The notes under the pieces: model-generated
The model's database searches: none
What the model was told of the DNA's origin: nothing
What the model saw: only the letters and a program-made list of their open reading frames with translations
Translations under genes and position numbers: made by a program
In this document: piece by piece, positions 1 to 12,092 of the stretch
How the letters are laid out: each line of letters opens with the position of its first letter
How positions within the stretch are numbered: the first letter of the stretch is position 1
NCBI GenBank assembly: GCA_002189035.1
Contig: NEEC01000007.1
Coordinates: 1,116,001 to 1,180,000 of the forward strand
Reading direction: 5' to 3'
Source of the DNA: Utricularia gibba
Lineage: Eukaryota; Plantae; Magnoliophyta
Length of the DNA: 64,000 nucleotides

Positions 1-1066
1 GGTTAGTGGGTTTCGGGAAACCAGACAGGCGGCGATGGATAAGCTCGTAGGGAGGCTCAAGGCAGAAGCCGCCGCGAACGGCGGCGAAGTCTGGGTCTTG
101 AGGAATGCGAGGTTTGCGATTTTTGGGATTCTTCTTTTCATGTGCTTTGGGCTGGATATGGACGAAGAAACCATCGCTAAGGTGGATGAAGTCATGAAAG
201 ATGTGCTGATAGCTCTGGATCCCAGAATAGATGATTTTTTACCGATCTTGAGAATTTTCTTCTCCAAGAAACGGAAATGGGTGAATGAAGTGAGGAGGAG
301 GCAGATCGAGACAATGCTCCCGTTGATGGAGCGTCGCCGGAATCCGGGGAAGGACAAAAGCGCCGCCGAGTTCGCGTACATGGACTCGCTCGTCGATCTG
401 AAAGTCGAAGGGAGGACGTCGGGTCCTTCAGATCTGGAAATCCTAACCCTGTGTTCAGAATTCGTCAACGGCGGTACGGACACAACCGCCAGCGCTGTTG
501 AATGGGGAATGGCGGAATTGATCGTACACCCAGAAATCCAATCTAAGCTCTACGACGAAATCAACACCATTGTCGGATCCAGAGCAGTTGAAGAGAAGGA
601 CATCGAGAAATTGCCCTACTTAAACGCCGTCGTGAAAGAGATCCTCCGCAAACACCCCCCGACGTACTTCACCCTCACCCACTCTGTCACAGAGCCCGCC
701 AAACTCGGCGGCTACGACATTACCCCGGGCACCAACGTCGAGTTCTTCAGCGTCGGGATCTCTGAGGATCCGAAAGTGTGGGCCGACCCAGAGAAGTTCG
801 ACCCGGATAGATTCTTCTTTAATCGCGAGGACGCCGACATCACCGGTGTCGCCGGAGTGAAGATGCTTCCCTTCGGTGCCGGGCGGCGGATCTGCCCTGG
901 TTTGAATGTCGGTACGCTGCATATACGGCTGATTCTGGCGAGGATGGTGCAGGAGTTCGAGTGGTCTGGGAAACCGGACTTCACCGGGAAACTGGAGTTT
1001 ACTGTACGGATGAAGAATCCTCTGAGGGCCAAGCTTAAGCCCAGAAACAACGCTGCTGCTGCTTAA
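1..1066 (+). CDS. CYP77A: Cytochrome P450, CYP77A subfamily (fatty-acid in-chain hydroxylase/epoxidase type); 5' partial, intronless in window
   Basis: The frame is open from position 2. It has I-helix EFVNGGTDTT, K-helix EILR, PERF-like PDRF and heme motif PFGAGRRICPG. NGGTDTT and the C-terminal KLEFTVRMKNPLRA are typical of CYP77. Confidence 0.9.
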   Translation, partial: VSGFRETRQAAMDKLVGRLKAEAAANGGEVWVLRNARFAIFGILLFMCFGLDMDEETIAKVDEVMKDVLIALDPRIDDFLPILRIFFSKKRKWVNEVRRRQIETMLPLMERRRNPGKDKSAAEFAYMDSLVDLKVEGRTSGPSDLEILTLCSEFVNGGTDTTASAVEWGMAELIVHPEIQSKLYDEINTIVGSRAVEEKDIEKLPYLNAVVKEILRKHPPTYFTLTHSVTEPAKLGGYDITPGTNVEFFSVGISEDPKVWADPEKFDPDRFFFNREDADITGVAGVKMLPFGAGRRICPGLNVGTLHIRLILARMVQEFEWSGKPDFTGKLEFTVRMKNPLRAKLKPRNNAAAA

Positions 1067-1198
1067 CAGCCAACATGAATTCATGTTTCCCAAAAACATC
1101 GTCACTTTCCCTGAATAACAAGCTGTCCGTTATGTTCTTTACTACAGTTTCAATGGCTGAGTTTCTTCCTGAAATGGTAACACAGTTGCAGTAAAAAC

Positions 1199-3312
1199 TC
1201 AAACCAAAGCTTCTAGTAGGAGACCGTGCAAACTACCATTGGAAACGATTATTCCACCATGCGGAAATAGCGCCCTTCCCTGAGACCGATCACCTGAGAA
1301 GTCGAGCTTTTTACCTCTCCAGTCACTAACTTTTCCTCCGGCTTCACGAACGCAGACGGCTCCGGCGGCATGATCCCAGACCTACAAGAAGGAAGATGTG
1401 ACAAAGTGCCGTTGCTTCAGTTGAAACCAGAACTTGCTGAGAGAACCAACCGACTTTGATGCTTGTTGCCCACTTGTTACGAAGGATGAAGGCGGAGGAT
1501 CTTCCAGACGCCACCATGAGATATTTACAGAGACTGAGAAACACACAACAAATGGCATCAGTCACAGAGCTCCTTCATCTGGGCTCAATGCAGTTCAAAA
1601 TCTAACCTTCCACAGCAGGTGGGCAAAAGGAGTGGTTGGTTCCTCCTGCCAGCATCCTGAGTCGCATTAAAATGCTTCGAAAGGGGGAAAGACTCCCATC
1701 TTTGGCTTTCTGGAATACAGAATGAGGCTTCATGGATTTGTTGAAACTTGTCAACTGAACATCTGATCCAACTGTTAGCCAAATCAGAATGGGAATGCTG
1801 TTGTGAGCTACTGCTCAACCTCGACATCCAAGTTCCGCAACCAATATGAGATATCGTAATACTTCCGGAGGCGAAAGTGGAATCATTCAGCTCATTATCT
1901 GAACTTTCAGAACACCCGTCTCTCCAATTCGGACACCCCATTACTCCCAGAACAACATCTCCATCAACTACAAGCGCCAAGCCCACCTGTGAAGTTTGAA
2001 GTTTGTAGGCGCAGGAGATTAAAACATTTCATCATCAAGAATCAGACTCATTATGCTATAAGCTGCAGCATATAGAGACATTAAGAAAGTTCTTGAATCA
2101 AAAGATATCACTGAATAAGCAAACCACCAAACAACAAGACGTATTCTGAAGAAAGATACCACATATAGAGCTTCGCCACCTCTCACAAATCCTCGTGTAC
2201 CATCGATGGGATCTAGTACCTACAGACATTGGATGATCATCTTCTGTAACACAGTTAGAAGTAGTTAATTAAACACACAAGAAAGATACATCCAGATGCA
2301 TTCTTGGTACCAAGGTTCATTGGGAAATATGATGCCACTGCTTTTTTGGGTGCAAGATCAAGGAAAGGTGGTACGTGGAATAGATAGTCAAGTTCATTCT
2401 AGTACAACGCATTTGGTTTCTAAGATTCACATTGTCATATGAAGCATTTGTTTCTTGCCGGAACAAAATCCCCATAGGCTCCGAATCACCCATTCAGAAA
2501 ACCACAAGCCTTTCAAAGGTTTAATGGATGATTGAAGCTCACCCAGTACGTTTTTGGATCAGGGACAGAGGATAATGCATCCTTGCCCCCACGATCAATG
2601 GCCTTCAAGAGCGTATCATGACTCCACTCATCCTGAGTCAGACTTGAGTTTTCCCTTACAACTTGGAAAACAGCATCCACAAGATTATTTTTACGAACAA
2701 AACCAGAGTCCTCTTCGGCAACCAATGGAATTGAGGGGAATTCCGAACGAAGTTCTGAAGGCATCAAGAGACAAAACGATGAATATCCTGCAAAAGTCTT
2801 TTTCTGAAAAGAGAATCGGAAAATTACCCAAACTAATGAGAGCTTGAACACCGAAATCCGCAATTGTCACAGGCGTTCTATCAATCTTTTGAACAATTTT
2901 CCCGTCACTCGAAAGCAACGATTTTTGCACCTATCGTCGGAAGAAATATGAGAATCGAAACATTTTCAAAAAGGGAGTGAAATTGGTAGTGTCCACGACG
3001 AGTGCACATACACCGAATACAAGTAATTTACATCAACGCAGAGACGACAAGCCCGCTCAACAACACCCACGGCCGTTCGAAGGTGCTGATAGTACTTGGC
3101 CTTTTGCTCCGAAAAAGGAAGAATGCAACTTGCCCTGAATAGTTTAAAGCAGGATATCCCACAGTGGAAGAAAAAAAACACACAAGAAATCGAGTAAATT
3201 ATGGGGTGAAACGAAACCTGATTTGAAAGAGGCAGTTGCTCATAGACATTGGCGAGCGACGTCGATGAAGTGCGAGCGGCGAAGGAGCTCCATACCAGAG
3301 TACCGGAACCAT
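1199..3312 (-). CDS. 3'(2'),5'-bisphosphate nucleotidase / inositol monophosphatase family protein with organellar transit peptide (multi-exon)
   Basis: Spliced exons give TPVTIADFGVQALISL, PLVAEEDS, VLDPIDGTRGF, GLALVVDGDVVLGVMGCPNW, LCKYLMVASGR and WDHAAG..CVREAGGKVSDW. ATG at 3312 is inferred from intron phase. Stop TGA at 1199-1201. Confidence 0.9.
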
Positions 3313-3734
3313 GGCGAAAATTAACTCTGGAAATCCCCGCGATTCCGGAACCACACCTTTTTGGGTAACAGTGCCGTTTTTTTCGCTCACACGGCTTGAA
3401 CCGGAAGCGAGCTCGTACCCCTTTTGCGGAATGGGTTCGACTGTTTCCCTTCACCATTACATTTAACCAGCAGTGAATTAGTACAGTGACGGTATAACTC
3501 CCAACCCCCTTCTGTAATTCAATATTTCTTGCATGGATTTGCGGACTAATAACACTTATAATCAATGCATCCTTTTCCTACTCGCACTCGCCTCTCTTCC
3601 TCTTCCTTTTTCCTCTGGCATAGCCGCCTTTCCCTCGAGACCAGAATCAGAACAGATTCCACACGACGTGTATCGCGTTCTTCTCAATTTTTTTATGTAC
3701 ATCCTGTTGTTTATCCGTCGTTTCAGACTAAACC

Positions 3735-4274
3735 ATGAGTGCGGACGGAGACTTTCTCCCCTTTCTCCACTTGGGTTCCTTATGCATCACTTTCTTTTCA
3801 CTCTACGCTCTGTTATTTCTCTACTGCCCATCGTTCTTCTTCCGAATACTTTGCTCCCCGATTGTTTTCTCCACTCTCCTCCTACTTCTCTGGATCCTCA
3901 GAATCGGTGCAGACCAAACTTCTAAACCCAATTCCAACGAATCCGATCAGGGGAGTTTCGATTTCACGCACTCACCTCAAATGCCGCCGCCGCCGCCGTC
4001 GTGCCCTTATATAGATCGATGCATCGTAGGAGCGCCGCTTGAGGTGATACACGAAGCATTCGAAGGCGAAGAGACGGCGGAGGATGCGCACCGTGTTTTA
4101 GATCAAAAAAGAAATGCTGCGTTCCGTGAAGATTCCGCTTCGTGCAATATTAGTTCGTGGTGGGAGTGGGAAGACAGCAGCGATGACGAATTGATAGAGA
4201 TAAACTTGGAAAAGATGAACGGTGAAGTAGAAGAAGATAACTTAATCGAGATCGATCTTTTTCCGGCGAGATGA
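3735..4274 (+). CDS. Single-exon plant protein of unknown function; N-terminal hydrophobic/TM segments and acidic C-terminus
   Basis: 179-aa ATG-initiated ORF with two hydrophobic stretches, an APLEVIHEAFEGEE motif and an acidic EEDNLIEIDL tail resembling a plant-specific family. Family identity is recalled, not verified. Confidence 0.65.
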   Translation: MSADGDFLPFLHLGSLCITFFSLYALLFLYCPSFFFRILCSPIVFSTLLLLLWILRIGADQTSKPNSNESDQGSFDFTHSPQMPPPPPSCPYIDRCIVGAPLEVIHEAFEGEETAEDAHRVLDQKRNAAFREDSASCNISSWWEWEDSSDDELIEINLEKMNGEVEEDNLIEIDLFPAR

Positions 4275-6364
4275 CGTCCCCTCCGGCGGCAGTAAACTGT
4301 GTTGACAAACTTTGTTATTATTTTTTAAAAATATATATTACATATATTTGAGTGAGTGTACTCCAGACCATAATTAGTGCCTTGTGGTCCCCTTCACCTT
4401 TGCGTTCTGTTTTTGGTCCGGACAACTCATCACATTATTCAGCAAAAATGTGTTTTTTTATTTATCATTTTAATTTCCAAAAAAATTCACATTATTTATT
4501 TATGCTACAAATATCTCGTGCATTTTCATTATTTATTTATTAAATAGAAATAAATTCCTAATAATAATATTTTTTATTGACATTTCCAATCCAATTCCAA
4601 AATTAGATCCAGTCAAATCATTTTGAAAATGAAAGAATTTGACTGTCAAATCACGGCGACGGCGGTCGACGAGCTGCGCTATCAGTCCTATCGAAATCAA
4701 TTTCACAGAAGTGCAACCAAGCAGCAGGATGCGTAATTAATTAACTAATTATGAACCAGCCAGAACGAAATTCCGGTTCATTGAAGAACGATTAATAATA
4801 CCAAATTAAAAGAGTTTTTGTTCCAATAAAACATTTTAAGATCAATTTCATTAAACTAATTTTACTTTCAAAAGAATAGAAACCTAAAATAAAAGAATGC
4901 GTAAAGATAAAAAAACAGAGAGATCTAATAATGATATATGTATTGGTTATAAATTAGAAAAAAATGTGTTTAAATATAGAGATATGTTTAATGTTAGATA
5001 AGGTATTTTTTCCGGAAAAGTATAATATGTGCTCAAAATAAATAATATTATATAAAAAAATATTTATCATGATAGTTGGAATCGTCTCATAATTAATGAG
5101 GAGGTTGAGTAATTAAATGAGAGAGAATGCAAGATCAATGATTTAGTAAAGATATACATTAGTTATGAATAATGAATGACATGTGTTTAAATAAATGTGC
5201 GTTTTAATTTTATATAAAACATATTCCTAAAAAGTAGAAAATTAAAATTATAAAAATTTTATATTCAAAATATACAATATCATATAATGAAAATATGGTT
5301 CCTAAATAGGTTCTGAAAAAATGAGTATGAAGAAGTAGAATTTGAATGCATGAAGGAGTAGTGGAATCCAAAGGTCGATTGCCTTTGGGCACATTACTAA
5401 TAATTACGATTATTTTATGTGTCGCTTAGAATGTTGTCCATGCTTTTGGTGGAGGCATCAGTCACATGCCATGTACGAAGACAAGAGAGGACTCCCCCCA
5501 TTGTGCTCACGTGGCCATTGTTCCATCGACACCTCCCCCTGGGCGAGGCCCCATGCACAACCCCCCACTCTTCCCCTTCTCTCCTAATCCCTAAGATGAA
5601 CGGGGAGGATGCAATGTTCCAGATCCACCAGCCGAACACGTTCAACACACACACACTCACACATGTATAATACACAATTTGTTTAAAATGCAAGTTGGAT
5701 GGAATTAAAATGTGTTTGATAGATAGATTAAATTATGCATAAATATTCGAATTGTGGTTTTAAAATAAAAAAAATTATTTTTGTTTTTGAGTTTTCCCTT
5801 CAAATAGCGGGTGTGTGCGAAGTCCAATATAAATTGCAATTTTTAATAATATTATTTTATCTATTTATTTTAGAAAAAAGAAAATCATGTGCGTGAGAAA
5901 AATATTTTTGAAAATGAGACTATTTTGGGATGGTCTGACAGACTGACAACATTTTTGTAATAAGAACTCGAGTTCGGATGTCTTGTTGCTTTTAGCTTAA
6001 CGTGTGGCACGTGGCCTCCGTTACTTCATTTTTAAGCAAGCAAGACGGTTGCAGTGAGCTGCAGTGGGGATACTACGCCATTGGCGCGTAAAGCTGCAAT
6101 CATCTTCATATCGTGGATGGATCCATCAAGCCCTTGATGGGTCCAAAGGAAACCGACTGTCAAAAATCACACGTCCCATCGACATTGACAAGATTTTTTT
6201 TCCCATTTCGTTTCAAGAATGGCATCCAGGGGTGATGTGATGTAAATCATGCTTCGTGGAGCAGAAACAGAAGGCTAGAGAATTCCATGTTTAAGACAAC
6301 TTACATGATTTTGGATGTTGCTGGAAATTGATGAGGTCTTTCGACCGTCCCCAGTTGGAATGGA

Positions 6365-9305
6365 TCAACTGCTAGCTGGATCCTCATCTACGGAATAGAA
6401 ACTCCAAACTGAAACACAGTTTTCATCACCTGCCAGTGACAGAAAAAGAGAACCGCTGATAACACGTGCTCAAGAAGATGGGTAGAAAAAAGGCATCGAG
6501 AGCAATGCTGGATGAAAGACCAGGTCTGATTTTGCAGGAACCGAAGTAAAAAACCACATTCTTACCACTTAGTTCCGCATCGTCCGAAGAGTCGTCTAGA
6601 CATCTGTACCGCCTTTGCCCAGATGAAGTGGCGGACATTGTATAGAATGGGTGGAAGGAGAAGCCATTTATGGTATCTGGAATGGTGAGGCAGAAGAATA
6701 TGAGGTATTTCCAAATGTAAAGTTCAACGTCAAGAATATACTCAGATGGGACGTCACCTGAGGCGGCACGAAAGCTTGAGACCCAGAGCCCAGATTGAAG
6801 ATCATATATATGCACAAGCCCATCCTTGAGGAGCAAGTTTAAACAAATTAATGAAACAAAAAATAAAAAAAAACCGAAGCCTGTTTGATATAGAAGGCAA
6901 CTACCTGGCCACCTGTTCCAAGGTATCGACCATGATGCTCAATGTCAAAATGTATCCTCTGATTGGTGCCTTCTGATGAACGGTATAATCTAAAGATATG
7001 CAATGAAGTGATAGAGTTTAAAAACATTTCATAAACCACAGGAGAAAGAATTTGCAATTATACATCACTTTCAAAACAACTGGAAACTAACTTGTAGACT
7101 AGGCTTGCAGTGTTCCGGATATCCCAGCATAAGATGTATGGATCCTATAAGATACTTGAAAGAGTGATCACTGATGACAATGGTTTACATTCAGAAAATC
7201 ATATCATTAAACGAAACATGCTTTTTTTACTTTAACTAAATGAAAGAAAATATGAGTGCGGGCAACCCCACCTTGCGCCCCCCAGAATACAAATAGTTTC
7301 CGTCTTTGGAAAACTGAACCTGAAATTTGAAGATTTGACATCAAATTAGTTTTAAAAAATCAAGGAGAAGAGAGAGGGTATTTGAGACTAAAATCACACA
7401 ATCCAGCATCCAACTTACCTGGGTAACCCCTCCTTCTTGGCCATGCAAAACATATAGTAGTTCCATATTGTCTTCTTGATATATCGCTGTAGTCTGGCTG
7501 TAAGAAGCGGCAGCCAGCATGCCAGAGTTTGTGGGAGGAAAAGCAATTGAAGATATAATTCCTGACAAGATAAAAAATTTGAGCTTATACACAGTTTCAG
7601 ATCATCTAAGTACCTTACGGAAAAATTAATGAGAGCTAATGCTTTAATAAAAGGATATCATCGCTGGAACAGTTGGCATTTGGCAACGATATCAAGTTAA
7701 ATGAAAATTTTAGGCTGACAAAGCAGTACTATCATCAGTTTGTACACATTTTTAAGAGATGGGATTGAGGTCCATTACAAAGAGATTGGATAAAAGTCGA
7801 TACAAAGGGATTAGTAACTCAAAGCCAGTAAATACAAAGGAATCAGTAACTCACCTGCCTGCCCTTCTTTGTCTCCTAACAGAGTTGAATGTTGTTCACA
7901 ATCTCTCCCAGGGCGACCAATATCGAATATTCTGATGGTTTTATTATAACCAGCAAATATCCTAACAACGCACTAGTCAATAATAAGCTATTCATAAACT
8001 TCTGAACAAGTCAAGCAAGTTCAATAACAAAGCAAGAACCGATACAAAGAAAAAATAATGCATGCTTTAATTAATAGAATTCTTTGTCAAAATTTTAAGC
8101 TTCCCTAGCTTTCAAGCAGAATGATTCAACAAGATTCGTGGTGTTAGTTTGACGTTACCATAGAATGGTCATTATGAATATCGGGGATGATTGAAATGAA
8201 CACATGACTCTAGGAATGCACAATTTTATTAAAACTGCCGGTGCTGGAATTGGATGCTGTGATAGGTCAATGTTGCACGTAGTATATCACATACAACCCT
8301 TTCATTTGATGCTTACTTGTTTCCCGCAGGGTTGAATCCAATAGAAAAGGCGGTAGTAATTTCATCCATTGCATCATATGCCCGGTATGTGCAGCGCGAC
8401 TGAAAGAAACATTTAGTTAATGATCCCAAACTCAGAGGTGCCCTACAAAAAACAAACCTAAAATTTACAAGAAGGAATCAAACTAAACGAAAGCACCTGC
8501 CCAGAAGTAGCATCCCATAAATGAATCGGATGATCTCGTGTCGAAGTTGCAAAAACACACAAATCTGGGTCTGAAATATGCAAATGCCAGACGCATAAAA
8601 TCTACTATTAAAGAGATGAAACGTAACAAAAATGCGATGAAGATATACTTGAATAAGACATATATGGATACCAGCTGTAGTCGTATACTGATTCTCCCTC
8701 ACTTATAACAAGGTCTGCCAGATAAGAATCTGCAAGAAATTTGAAGAAACTAACTAATTTTTTCCATAGAAATAATACGGACAGTGAAAGATGAAGCAAA
8801 CATTGCGCATTACCTGAACCAGGCTCGACAGAATTAACGCCATCATAGGGCCTAGAACAGAAGACCAACAACCATTCAAAAGCATGAACTCAAAACATGA
8901 AAGGAAATTGATGCATCAGTTGAACTTACAAAGTGAACAGAAAAAAGGAGTTGTCATCGGAGCAAGTCAGGAAGCAGGAACCATCAGGCGACCTAAATAC
9001 AAAGATATCATATAGAGCGGCATTCACAAAAACAGGATTGTGGATAAAAAAACAGAAGGTTTTTCCGACGAAACGAACCATTTAACGCCTTTGAGAAAGT
9101 TATTAGGAGAGTTTCTCCGAAATTGCTGGAAGAAATGGTGGAGTCTATATGGAGGGGCGTCGCAACGAACAGCACCCCAAGCATCGCCGCCGCTTCCTGA
9201 GAATTCAGAATCCGGAGCATGATGCTGCTCCTCCTCTGCTTCTCCAGCCATCAGTTCCGAACTACTCCCCTCACGAAGTTGTTGTTCCTCTTCTTCTCCG
9301 GACAT
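6365..9305 (-). CDS. TCAB1: Telomerase Cajal body protein 1 (WD40), multi-exon
   Basis: Exons encode NNFLKGVKW-SPDGSCFL, IFAGYNKTIRIFDIGRPGRD, LYVLHGQEGGVTQVQFSKDGNYLYSGGRKDPYILCWDIR, TNQRIHFDI, DTINGFSFHP and ENCVSVW. GT-AG boundaries were checked for several exons. Confidence 0.92.
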
Positions 9306-9372
9306 CAAGTTTCGTGCTCGTTTGATATTTTGGCGACTGTTCCAAACATGTTTTCTTTCTTTCAAAATACAG

Positions 9373-9380
9373 TAGGGTTT
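9373..9380 (-). promoter_or_regulatory. Telo-box (AAACCCTA) 68 nt upstream of the TCAB1 start codon
   Basis: TAGGGTTT on the + strand. Telo-boxes are established in leaders of plant RNP-biogenesis and translation genes. Confidence 0.55.
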
Positions 9381-9820
9381 TGCCAGAAAATGGCAAGTTT
9401 TGCCGTTGCCCAAGTCTTCTGGGGTCATTTTAAAATAATGATTAATTTGGGGCAATTCTCATAATAAACGGCGAGTTTGAAGTATCCGAAATGCACCAAC
9501 CACACCACTGAGCTTTATTTTCTATACCGAGCAGAACGTACACATTACATGTTCATCTCAAAGCACCACATCCGCACACACAAAATGCAGCCACCCCGCA
9601 AAGGACCAGCCAGTGAGGGCAGCTGCTCTGAAATACACCGAGCTTTCTCAAAACCACTGACCATTTCAGGAACACATGACGCCCAATGCAACACCACAAT
9701 TAATAGCAAAAAATGAGAGAAGAGAACGATGATGTATGCCAAGAAAGAGCCGTTTCTGATGCTGGATCTCACCGTGCTGCAGCCTCAAAACGCCCCATCC
9801 GACGAGATAAAATGTACATC

Positions 9821-11554
9821 TTACATGAAGTCGTAGTCTTCATGATCGTCGTAAACACCAGCAACCATGTCATCATCTGGTTTCCCAACGTGCAGCTGCT
9901 TTTTCTTTCCAGCTGCAAGAGCAGGCAGCAGCATTCTGTTAAGAAAAACCAAGCTGAGAGATACGGTATTTAACAACCCGGATCCAATACCAGTTTTCTT
10001 TTTTGTAGTTGCTTCCTTCTCAGCCTTGATCTTTTCATTTGCAACTGCAGTTACAGAGGATGCAACCTCTTTAGCATCTGCGCCTTTTAATGATGTCAAT
10101 GACAATCTGATCACAGACTTGAGAAGTCCAACATAGTGATAACTTTTCTGAAATCATGAAGTAGATGATAATCAGATTGCATTGCACAAAAGCAACCAAA
10201 AACATATCAGACTCATGCACACCGGAAAAGGAAATGGGGAAAAAAATCACAACACAACACAACCCACCTCATATGGGCGAAGTTTGTGAGCAACAAGTTC
10301 AGCATATTCCGTGAAATCACTCTCAGATTTGGGAATGAAATTTTCTACCGTCCGTTCATCATCTTTCTTGGCGAACAGTTCTGTAGTGGCCTTGAAATCT
10401 GCTTCTTCTACAAGTCTGGGGTAGACAGCGGTGAGAAGTGCAGTAAACATATTCACAACACATTTATCAGAGATGAGAACCAGGGGCCAATGCAAAGACA
10501 ACCGAACTTGATCATGCAGAGACGACAAAAAAGAAGCATAGAAGTTGCAAAAGCTAATTAACAGACTGAGGCATCAGATTTTAACCTTCTGCAACAAAAC
10601 CAGAGGCGTCTGCACACTCAAAAAACAATTGAAATGGGAATAGGAAACTTGCAACAACAGTAAATAATGAAAATCACCTCTGCTGCCGAAGTTTTTCCTC
10701 TATAGGATCTAACGGTTTCACAGCCTCCACGGTGCGGATTTCACTCTGAACTGATTTTACAGCAGTCTTCTTTGATGCCTTCTCAAGTGGTTGCTCAGTC
10801 TTGGGCGGTGGCTCAACCTTAGGTGGCTGATATGAAAAGACATATAAAAAAATTGTAGAGAATTCATTACAATTAAGGACTTCACATTTCCAGCATTAAT
10901 ACATGTTCCTTCAAAGTGGAAGAAAAAAATGTCACAATGAACAGAAGCCACCAGAAAACTTTCATTTGCATAGCAACATGAGCACAATGGAAAAAAAAAA
11001 TAATAACACTATTGCCCATAAAAATGTTACCAAAAAATGTTTACAATGCCAAAAAAACTCTTCGGATATGACTAACGAGAAACAATTGCATAAATCATAC
11101 AGGTGGAGGCTCATCTTCATCTTCCCAAGACTCTTTCACATCATCGTCATCCACATCCTCGTCATCCCAATTGTTATTCGGTGGTAATTTCTTTTTTAGA
11201 TCTATAATAGGCTCATCCTCTGGAATGAACCAGGATTAGCCACAAGATACAACTACATCAGTATCTGCTTCAACTAATACATTTGATGGAAAGCACATTA
11301 TGTTCCTACACTATAGAAACCAGAATATTATAGGCAACCCTGAACTATAAAAGAAGAAAAATATGAAGATATCAAACGTGAGAAGTAAAAGTCATAGCAA
11401 ACATCCAAGATGTCCTAATCCTCCATCTACAAAGCTCCCATATTTAGAGTACAAATAAATCATTTGTATTTACGAATGACAATATGATTTCCAAGATTAA
11501 TCCAAAAGATGAACGGACAACAGTGAATTCAAGAAACGTACCCCAGTCCTCCAT
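9821..11554 (-). CDS. eIF3j: Eukaryotic translation initiation factor 3 subunit J (6 coding exons)
   Basis: MEDW start, acidic NWDDEDVDDDDVKESWEDE, DPIEEKLRQQRLVEEADFKATTELF, SESDFTEYAELVAHKL and ANEKIKAEKE, ending DYDFM*. All exon phases are consistent. Confidence 0.93.
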
Positions 11555-11914
11555 CTTTCTGAGCTCTTAAAGGGTAGCTACGAGAGAACTTGGCAAGACC
11601 CCTGAAACCAGTAATAAAAGATTCTTTTATCTTGCACACCGAAAGAAGAAGATAACGGAATTCAATACAGCATCACACCATAACCGCCACTAAACACAGG
11701 GAGAGGGAGGGAAGCACCTTAAAAGCCCTGGGAGAGAGAAACACGGCAGAGAGAATGAACTTCTGCAATCAAGAAGTATGGGCACGACTGAGCTGTTCGT
11801 ATGACGAGGCAAAGTTGAATTTCCGGGAGGTAGAGAATGTTGGGGAAGACGAAAGGGCAACAAAAACACGTCAGATCGTTTTCGTAGAGGCATTTTATAG
11901 TGGAATACCAAATA

Positions 11915-11956
11915 TGGGCCTAGAAGCCCATTTTCATAGGCCCGTTATGAAGCCCA
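11915..11956. promoter_or_regulatory. Three site II elements (TGGGCY/RGCCCA) in the eIF3j / epoxide hydrolase divergent promoter
   Basis: TGGGCC at 11915-20, AGCCCA at 11925-30 and AGCCCA at 11951-56. Confidence 0.5.
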
Positions 11957-12092
11957 TCGGTCACTTTTTCTTCAAAGATAAATATTTGTTCACTGCCAGC
12001 CAGCCAACTCAGAGCATTTAAGCCTCGTTAAAAGGACGGGCAACAACAAGTACACTCGATCATTTGGGATTGGAGCTTTTTCTCCTGCTCTA

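Noticed and set aside
620-1105. Antisense ORFs over CYP77A, and similar ones over ARO, MOR1, the ADA3-like gene and the hemerythrin gene
   Set aside because: They are shadow ORFs of GC-rich real coding strands, with no independent motifs.
4300-5400. AT-rich tract with a short inverted repeat (CAGTCAAAT/ATTTGACTG)
   Set aside because: No TIR/TSD pair or coding remnant was found, and 9-bp matches are expected by chance.
5415-5693. Overlapping 83-aa and 92-aa ORFs, or a miRNA hairpin, in the GC-richer island
   Set aside because: There are no protein motifs, and only short discontinuous pairing rather than a long stem with a 21-nt duplex. Kept only as a regulatory-island finding.
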